From the NCBI RefSeq assembly GCF_006345805.1, contig NC_043006.1:37820001-37884000 (forward strand): DNA of 64,000 nt, given 5' to 3'. Numbering within the stretch: the stretch's first letter is position 1; each line of letters opens with the position of its first letter. Origin of the DNA: Octopus sinensis (Eukaryota). Under the pieces are notes generated by a model. The model was given only the letters and a program-made list of their open reading frames with translations. It was not told the DNA's origin and did not search any database. Position numbers and translations under genes: made by a program. Below are positions 55,436 to 64,000 of this stretch, one piece after another.

Positions 55436-55465
55436 TTAAACGATGGTGATGATGATGATGATGCA

Positions 55466-55625
55466 TTTAAATTAAGCTGAAAATGGAGAAATCTTGATGA
55501 ACAACAATTGACTATCATCAATTATTATTTTTTAATACAAAAAGTTTTCTATTAAAATATAATAATTGATGATAGTCAATTTGTTTATTGATCAAGAATT
55601 TTCTCCATTTTCTGCTTAATTTAAA
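55466..55625. repeat. Short inverted repeat of the ttctccatttt-type 3' terminus
   Basis: ttaaattaagctgaaaatggagaaatcttgat...attatt versus aataat...caagaattttctccattttctgcttaatttaa. Confidence 0.75.
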
Positions 55626-55937
55626 TTTGATTCCTGCAAAACACTTGCTTAATTTTGATATTGCCTGTATCCTATGAGCATAATATGCTTGCATATGTAT
55701 GCCCAGGGTATAGGTTTCCCACCTGGACGGGACGCCAATCTGTCGCAGGTGAGCTGCAAGATGCAGGAGGAAAAGGGTGAGAGAAAGTTGTGGCGAAAGA
55801 GTTAGCAGAAGTTCGCCATTACCTTCTGTCGGAGCTGAGTGGGGCTTGGGTGTTTCGCTCATAAACATGCGCATCATCCACGATCCCTCGACCGTGAGTC
55901 CGCTGCTCAAACCACTAGGCCACGTGCTTCCATATAT

Positions 55938-55989
<52 letters not shown>

Positions 55990-56295
55990 TATTTATTTGT
56001 GTGTGTGCACTTGTGTGTTTGTGTTTCTATGGCGTTGACAGAATGTGATAATTGAAAATGAATGTCTCTGTCTGCAAACTGTGTGTTTTGGTCCAAGTTA
56101 TGTGTGAAACACATGTCAGGTCATGGGGAAATATTACCTTACTAGGAAGCAAGCGTGGGTTGGCAGCAGTAAGGGCATCCAGCTGCAGAAAATATTCTTT
56201 CACAACACTTTCCCTGCCACATGCAAATGTGGAAAAGTAGGAGTTAAAAAATGATGACATACATGCATGTATGTGTATGTGTGTATATATATATA

Positions 56296-56350
<55 letters not shown>

Positions 56351-56583
56351 TATATATAGTTCAAATTTACAGCAAACAAAAGACAAAGACAGATGTATGA
56401 ACAACAAGCAGATGTATTAGCTTAATACTTGGGAAGAATGGAAAATTCTTTTATGCTTCGAGCCTACCCTCTACAACAGAAAAGATTAAGAGGAAAAAAA
56501 AATCGAAAGAAAATGAAAAGAAATAGAGAAAGAAAAAAAATGCGCAGAGTTCAACGTTCTGACATGATGAGACTTTTTATGGC

Positions 56584-56620
<37 letters not shown>

Positions 56621-56777
56621 ACATAAAAAGTCAGGAGGTATAAAAGGTGAATATATTTATTTAACAATTTGATATCAGTAGGATTATGGCCATTTTGCAG
56701 CATTTAACATGCAGTAATAATTTGTTTTGCATGTGATTGCCACAGGATTCCATATTTATCCATATATTGCACTACAA

Positions 56778-56810
<33 letters not shown>

Positions 56811-57381
56811 TATATTGTGAAGGTGCATGGCTTAGTGGTTAAGGTGTTGCACTCACAATTGCGAAATCATGGTTTCAATTCCCAGACCAGGCACTGCATT
56901 GTGTTCTTGAGCAAAGCTCTTCATTTCACATTGCTCTGCGATCATTTCGACATGTGGCACCCGTTGCACCTGTACAGGTAATGTCAATCTGATGGAGGAA
57001 GTGAGCTTATTTGTACACAGACATTTGATCACTATAAACAAACCATCTGAGTGGTTGTTCGGTAAGAAACTGTCGAGCCCTCATACGTCATCTAACGATG
57101 GGAGAGTCCATCGTATATATATATATATATATATATATATAATGTCTGTATACATATACAGGTATGGCGTTGCAGTTAGGAAGCTTGCTTCTCAACAATA
57201 TAGGTTGGGGTTCAGTCCCACAATATGGAACTGTGGGCAAGTGTCTTCTGCTATTGCTCTTAGTCAGCTGAAGGCTTATGAATGGATTTGGTAGGCGGAA
57301 GTTCCAAATGTGTATATACATCTGTGTGAAAGTGCTTGTGTCTCCTTTAATATATTTGTGTGTGTGTGTGTTTCTTCTGTA

Positions 57382-57540
57382 AATAATAATAATAATGTTT
57401 ACAAGCTAAAGCTTATAAGTGATCATTGTGCATTGACTAAGGTAAATAATAAAATATTGGGGCATATATTAGACTATTTGCTTCAGTCAATGCACAGTGA
57501 TCGCTTATAAGATTTAAGCTTATAAATATTATTATTATTA
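57382..57540. repeat. Small foldback element (~65-bp arms)
   Basis: cttataagtgatcattgtgcattgact versus agtcaatgcacagtgatcgcttataag, with (AAT)n and (ATT)n ends. Confidence 0.8.
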
Positions 57541-57880
57541 TCATTATTTATAGAGGGTAAGGTGGTGACAAAAATGTTTAGCGGTATTTCACCTGTCATA
57601 ATGTTGTATTCAAATTCCACAACAGTGCGGAGGTCAACTTTGCTTTTCATCCTTTCAGGGTCGATAAATTAACTACCAGTAAAATACTGAAGGTGATGTA
57701 ATCGCTTATCCCCCTCGCCCAAACTTCAGGCCTTGCACCTCTAGTAGAAAGGATTATTAATTACAGAAGTGTAAAATTCAGCACCATTTACCAAGTAATT
57801 GCAGAAAACACACATACACACAGACATTTATATATAAATGCACACACAAACACACATATATATGTATGTGTATATATATA

Positions 57881-57932
<52 letters not shown>

Positions 57933-57952
57933 AACATAAATACATACATGCA

Positions 57953-57988
<36 letters not shown>

Positions 57989-58004
57989 CATACATACATA
58001 CACA

Positions 58005-58240
58005 CAGGGTGTTCAAAAAGTCTCTCAACAGTGAATTTTTTTCATCCTGCGCATCACTATGGCACAACTTCAAGAGTTTTTCAGTGAACGGATTATTTCA
58101 AAGGGACTTTGGCCGCCAAGATCACCTGATTTAATACCACCAGACTTTTTTTCATCTGGGGAGTAAATAAAGGATCAGTGTATGAGAATTGCCCGAAAAC
58201 CATTAAGTACTTTCTGCGTGAAGACTTTTTGAACACCCTA
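58005..58240 (+). mobile_element. Internally deleted Tc1/mariner element retaining a transposase catalytic fragment
   Basis: TIRs cagggtgttcaaaaagtct and agactttttgaacacccta; internal [39 protein letters not shown]. Confidence 0.88.
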
Positions 58241-58256
58241 TATATACACACACACA

Positions 58257-58297
<41 letters not shown>

Positions 58298-58660
58298 TTA
58301 TTCACACTGATATCATGTGAATATGATATATATGCAGTGGAAGTTATATGCACACTTACGTGTATGGGTGTTTTGTGTCAGACTTACGTTCTTTGCAGAA
58401 TTTAAGCCGAAAGCTAACAAAATAATAAGCTTTCTTTGTTTGAATGTAGGCAGTTCCGGATTGACTTGTGAATCTGTACGTTAACAGATAGGGAGGTGTA
58501 TGTGTGCATACGGTTGAACTTGTGTAAAAAGTGTATGTACTTTCCCAGCAAATCTGTGTATGTGCTTGTGTGATTACTTTATGTGTAAGTATGCATGTGC
58601 ATGAGATTTACAGATGTGATTTACAGATGTGATTTACACGTGATTGTATATATATATATA

Positions 58661-58821
58661 CGCAGGAGTGGCTGTGTGGTAAGTAGCTTGCTAACCAACC
58701 ACATGGTTCCGGGTTCAGTCCCACTGCGTGGCATCTTGGGCTAGTGTCTTCTGCTATAGCCCCGGGCCGACCAATGCCTTGTGAATGGATTTGGTAGACG
58801 GAAACTGAAAGAAGACTGTCG

Positions 58822-58854
<33 letters not shown>

Positions 58855-59063
58855 ATATGTGTTTGTATGTCTGTGTTTGTCCCCCTAGCATTGCTTGACA
58901 ACCGATGCTGGTGTGTTTACGTCCCCGTCACTTAGCGGTTCGGCAAAAGAGACCGATAGAATAAGTACTGGGCTTACAAAGAATAAGTCCTGGGGACGAT
59001 TTGCTCGACTAAAGGCGGTGCTCCAGCATGGCCGCAGTCAAATGACTGAAACAAGTAAAAGAG
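58661..59063 (+). mobile_element. SINE family A, youngest-looking copy (CpGs retained)
   Basis: Box A tggctgtgtggt, box B ggttcagtccc, complete tail. Confidence 0.92.
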
Positions 59064-59424
59064 AAAAAAAGAGAGAGTATATATATATATATATATCTAA
59101 AGAGAGAGATAGAGAGAGAGAGGGGGGCAATTATGTAAATAAACAAATTAGACACATCAAATATATTAAATTTTGATGTATCTAATATATTAATATATTT
59201 GATGTTTTTTAATTTGTTTTTTTGCACAATCACCTCTATATCTGCTCAACTTGATCCGTCTTATGGCCTTTCCTTACCTTGCTCCCCTGTAAAGACATCA
59301 ATGTCTAAGTTTGAATCTTTTCAGCACAACTAAGTGTCACCTATATGAAGAATTTCTGGATCTCATCCGTGAACTATATATATATATATAATCAAAATAA
59401 GCAACAAGAATAATTTCGGTAATT

Positions 59425-59508
59425 TGGTACGATCGTTTCACGCTACATCATTTAATTAAATGTTGTAAGTATTACAACAGTTTTAAAATGTTGAGCAATC
59501 ATCAGCCA
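59425..59508 (-). ncRNA. Type I hammerhead motif with long stem II
   Basis: Reverse complement: tgg-CTGATGA-tTGCTCAACATTT...AAATGATGTAGCGt-GAAAC-GATC-GTA-cca; palindromic ACGATCGT; inner hairpin tgttgtaa/ttacaaca; tail ends in (TA)n. Confidence 0.75.
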
Positions 59509-59727
59509 TTAATAGAGGTTTTCCATTAATACATAATTTTCATATCAATTGATAACATTATAGAGAAGGTAGATATATAAACGAAGATGTCGATTTAAAT
59601 TTTAAGAACTTTAAGGTAGTAGAGTTTATCACCTGATTGAAGAATATTCAGAATGTTCAGTTGTTATGAACTACTAGAAGGTTGGGAGGAATGATCAGTT
59701 GAAAGGAGACAAGAGAGATTTTATATA

Positions 59728-59785
<58 letters not shown>

Positions 59786-61337
59786 CTATTATGCAAAAGT
59801 GTCTTAAGTCCAAAACATTGCTTTTTCAGAAAATGAAAAAATAGTTTCACCATTCCATAGCAAAACTGTTGTACTACACGACAATTTTCATATCTTCGCA
59901 TCTGAAGCAGCTGGAGATACAATAGTTTGACCGAAAGAACTGGCCGTTGCAAGCAAAAATAAATATTTGGGACATACAGCAATTTAACATAATAACAACT
60001 ATGGGATACAACACTGAAGGTTTTAGTTGAACTTATTTCATCAGTGACTCTTGTTGAGCCACTAAGTTACGGGAACATATACACACATGCACACGCATAC
60101 ATACACAGACACCCACACAAAACTCAGATATGCTTCAGCCAAAAATTGGCCCAGGCTACAGGTTTCTTCTGTCTCAAGGTTTTGTTCAGCCCAGTACTAT
60201 AGTAGGAAGCACTTGCCCAAGCTGCCACACAGTGGAACTGAACCTGGAACCATGTGATTGGGAAGCAAACTTGTTAATGATAAAGCCACGCCTGTGGTTT
60301 TGAGAATCTATCTCCAGGTCAGAGGAGCTGTAAGTTCTGCAGTAGTTCACCCTAAGTTGTTTTCTTTCCCCACAACTTTAGATATGACACCTCCATACAC
60401 TTGACAGCTGGCCTCCACAACAGTGTATACCTGCTTTTCACTTTCTTTGCCATAAAATAATATTACCTGAGTTGTGTTTGCATCTGACAGCTGCTTATAT
60501 TTTTGGAATGCTCTACCAATATTCCAATTTTTAGAGGCAGAGAAACATTCTAATCCTAGAGTGCCTTTTTTTCTATGATTGTCAGGATAATACTTTATAT
60601 GGAAAACATAATAGTTTTGGCAACAATATCATGTTTCAGGAAAAGGTCGTACTCTGTGAACCATTCTGGACAAGATGCATGCATAAACAGACTTATGAAA
60701 CAGTATACAGTTGCTATTTGAATTCCAAATTCCAAATTAATGTGAAATATCTTTTCCAAATTGACAAAAGCGAAGGATAGTGGTTTGTTCTTAGCCAGGT
60801 ATTTCTCCTGCAGTTACTTCATTAGAGAAATTGCATCTCTGGTACCTCTTCCAGGCACAAACCAAACTGCATCTGTCTGCTCAGTCACAGACCAATTGTG
60901 CTGTGACTCTTTTCATAACCTGAACCAGTAGTTTGGCTTCTTTATAGTTACCTCCCTTTAAGGCATCTCCACCTTTATTAGTTTGTAATGATACTGCTAC
61001 ATCAGTCACTGGATATGACACCTTCCTATAAAACCTAATTAACTACTCATGTAGTAATCATGTATCCTACCTCTCCAGATATTTTGAACATCTTTGCAAA
61101 CTATCTCTGATGAATGAGCAGCTTTCTTTCACATCATGTCCTTAATTGCTTTGTCTACCATGCTGCTGTCAACTTGAATTGGGCCTCGTGCTAGGGACCT
61201 CATACTGGCCCCTGTGTAGGATCAGCCTAAAGTAGCCCTTCCTTATCCCATTTGTTCCCCACATTCAACAGTTTCTCATAATAGCACTTCCACACCACTT
61301 TTTTGCATTCCATATCAATGGCCAATATACTTTAACC

Positions 61338-61946
61338 CAGTTGTTCCCAAAGTGGGCAGTACCATGCCCCCTGGTGGTGGTGGTGTAAAGATTTAGGGGG
61401 ACATTGAAGAAAAATGGGGCGATAATGGGGTGACCAAAATGGGACAATGGATGTAAAAAACAAACAAACAAAATAAAGGGGTAATTAGGATAAATTTTAT
61501 TTGTGAAATATTGCCGTTTTGAATTTGCTGCAGAAAATGGTCTATGTATATGATGGTGGTGGAGGCACATGGCCTAGTGGTTAGAGCAGCGAACTTGTGG
61601 TCGAGGGATCGTGGGTTCAAATCTCAGACTGGGCGATGTCTGTGTTTATGAGCGAAACACCTAAGCTCCACGTGGCTCTGGCAGAAGGTAATGGCGAACT
61701 TCTGCTGATTCTTTCTCCACAACTTTCTCTCACTCTTTCCTCCTGCATCTTGCAGCTCACCTGCGATGGACTGGTGTCCTGTCCAGGTGAGGAACCTATA
61801 CACAAGGAATCTGGGAAACCGGCCCTATGAGCCAGGCATGGCTTGAGAAGGAACAAACAATATGATGGTGAGTGGTGGTAGGAGTCACTAGGAATGTGGC
61901 CTTAGAAACAAGGGGGCAGCAGCCTGGAAAAGTTCGGGAACCACTG
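61338..61946. mobile_element. hAT (Charlie-like) MITE containing a SINE
   Basis: TIRs cagttgttcccaaa and ttcgggaaccactg; 8-bp TSD ctttaacc / ctctaacc. Confidence 0.8.
61559..61859 (+). mobile_element. SINE family E (tRNA head) with an 11-bp TSD
   Basis: tggcctagtggttagagca...ggttcaaatctc head; atatgatggtg at 61548-61558 and 61860-61870; second copy at ~55705-55931 (-). Confidence 0.88.
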
Positions 61947-61952
61947 CTCTAA

Positions 61953-62173
61953 CCCTTTAACATTTAAATCAGCCATATCCAGCTAAAATATTCTACCTGT
62001 TTTAGATTTAAACTGCCCAGATCCAGCCTCTAACACCTACTTTACAATGCCATTCTAAAAATAGTCACATCATTGAAATCTCAAAGCAGGGAGATAATGC
62101 AAGATCAATTATAAACAACGAGAAAAAAATAAGCCCTGCATTTGTCAGAATAGTATGGACACGAAATGGTTAA
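61953..62173. mobile_element. Probable old TTAA-type MITE
   Basis: Begins ccctttaacattt and ends gaaatggttaa; termini are degenerate. Confidence 0.45.
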
Positions 62174-62991
62174 CCATTGTGATTATGCTTTCTCTCTAAC
62201 ACATTGTCTCACAACCCTGAACACTTCAGTCCTCTAATCTTTAGATTATGGGACACGTGCAAACCTCTTCCATTCTGCTTCCATCTTAGCCAAGTATACC
62301 TGTCACCTCGTTCTTCTAACCATTTAATAATGCTCCTTATTAACACCTTCCTTCCAGGTTTTCCATACCTGTCTCTTAGCCTTTATCACACTCTTAGCCT
62401 ATTATTACTGCTGTGATGTTGTTGTTGCTGGTGGTGTTGGTGGTGATGTTGGTGGTAGCAGTACCCTGGTGTAGCAAGAAGGGGAGGGGTAGATGTATCT
62501 GGTACAGGAGTCATGTGCCTAACAGAAGGATACAGAGAGATAGAGAGTGTGGGTGGCTGAGACTTCTTATCAGAGGAAGGAAGCAGAAGAAAAGAAAGAT
62601 TTCCAGTGTAGATGGGGGAGAGGGGGGGAAGGTTTGTGTGGGTGCATCCTGAATAAGTGAAGCCTCACAGTGAGGAGAAAGAGAGAAAGAGAGAGAGCGA
62701 TAAAGAGAAAGAGAGAGAGAGATAGAAACATATCAAGGAGAACAATTTAACAAACTACACACACACACAAATGTGTGTATGCTTGTGTGTGTTTGAGTGT
62801 GCCAGTTTGTCTGTGGGTGTTTGAGTGTGTGTGTGTGTGTATGTGTAAGCGTGTGTATGTGTGTGTGTATCTGCACGTGTTATTTTTACTTGGCAAAGTT
62901 TGACACAGATTTTGAGGAATTTCTTGCAAGCATTAATGTTTTATTCTACTTACATGACTTGAGTGACTCTTTAACTGATCCACACATGCAT

Positions 62992-63024
<33 letters not shown>

Positions 63025-63084
63025 CATACATGTGTGTGTGTGTGTATATATATATATATACAGGGAGATTCAGAGTGTGACAAA

Positions 63085-63131
<47 letters not shown>

Positions 63132-63147
63132 CATACATGTGTCTGCA

Positions 63148-63211
<64 letters not shown>

Positions 63212-63547
63212 AGATGATGATGATACACACACACACATAGATGGCACTTTATCGGTTATGATGACAAGGGTTCCAGTTGATCTGAACAACAGAACAGCCC
63301 CTGCAAGTAGCTGAGTACTCCACAGACACATGCACCTTTAATGTAGATCGCAGGGAGATTCAGAGTGTGACAAGGTTGGCCCTTTTGAATTACAGGTATT
63401 ACTCATTTTGGGCAGCTGAGTGGACTGGAGCAATGCAAAATAAAGAGTCTTGCTCAAGAACACAACATGCTGCCAGAATCAAACTCATGACCTTATAATT
63501 GTGAGCAGAATGCCCTAACCACTAAGCTGTGCACATTCAGACATGTG

Positions 63548-63602
<55 letters not shown>

Positions 63603-64000
63603 AATAGAGATCATCATCATCATCATCAACATCATTATTTAATGTCTGTTGTCTATACTGGCATGGATTGGACATTACATACAGAGTAACTATATCATTG
63701 ATCTATCTGTCTGTCTGTCTATCTTCTTTTATTCTTTTACTTGTTTCAGTCATTTGACTGCGGCCATGCTGGAGCACTGACTTCAGTCAAACAAATCAAC
63801 CTCAGGACCTATTCTCAGTAAGCCTAGTACTTATTCTATTGGTCTCTTTTGCTGAACGACTAAGTTACGGAGACGTAAACACACCAACAAGCTGTTAAGC
63901 GATGATGGAGGACACACACAAATACATACATATACATGCACACACACACATATATGCATATACAATGGGCTTCTTTCAGATGAAATACCTATTTCTTCAC

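Noticed and set aside
56680-56760. Possible CpG-decayed hammerhead (reverse complement gcaaaatggccataatcc); similar relic near 22500-22540
   Set aside because: The 5' core is missing or unrecognisable, so it was not counted.
58661-58735. SINE heads as tRNA genes
   Set aside because: Box A/B present but no complete cloverleaf or terminator; they continue into SINE bodies.
59278-59286. 9-nt microexon candidate on the minus strand (tttacag|GGGAGCAAG|gtaagg)
   Set aside because: Weak polypyrimidine tract; such a pattern is expected by chance in 64 kb; needs RNA-seq.

Overview
AT-rich, repeat-saturated animal DNA. The SINE families and microsatellite load point to a cephalopod (Octopus-like) genome; this is inference. 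No intact host gene is recognisable, and almost all listed ORFs are microsatellite or SINE artefacts. Content: dozens of tRNA-head and RTE-tail SINEs; (TA)n, (AAT)n, (GATA)n and (CAT)n tracts; decayed LINE pieces (R4/Dong-like RLE, RTE, L1/Tx1, and one young CR1/L2-group 3' end); a full-length but frameshifted DD34D mariner; and several TIR elements (Tc1/mariner, hAT, TTAA/piggyBac-type). The most interesting signal is about 16 type I hammerhead-ribozyme motifs from at least 8 sequence families. They have palindromic mini stem III helices and some show core variants (U3-A8 covariation, A6U, U4C, extra nucleotide after A9). They lie in short non-coding Penelope-like terminal repeats, mostly beside microsatellites. 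Four long inverted repeats carry a hammerhead in each arm, and two more carry related termini, always with 3' ends pointing outward. One pair has a 16-bp target-site duplication and another has a ~55-bp ends-only derivative. A CpG-rich domain at about 43-50 kb contrasts with CpG-decayed flanks. All structures were read by eye; no searches or folding were run.
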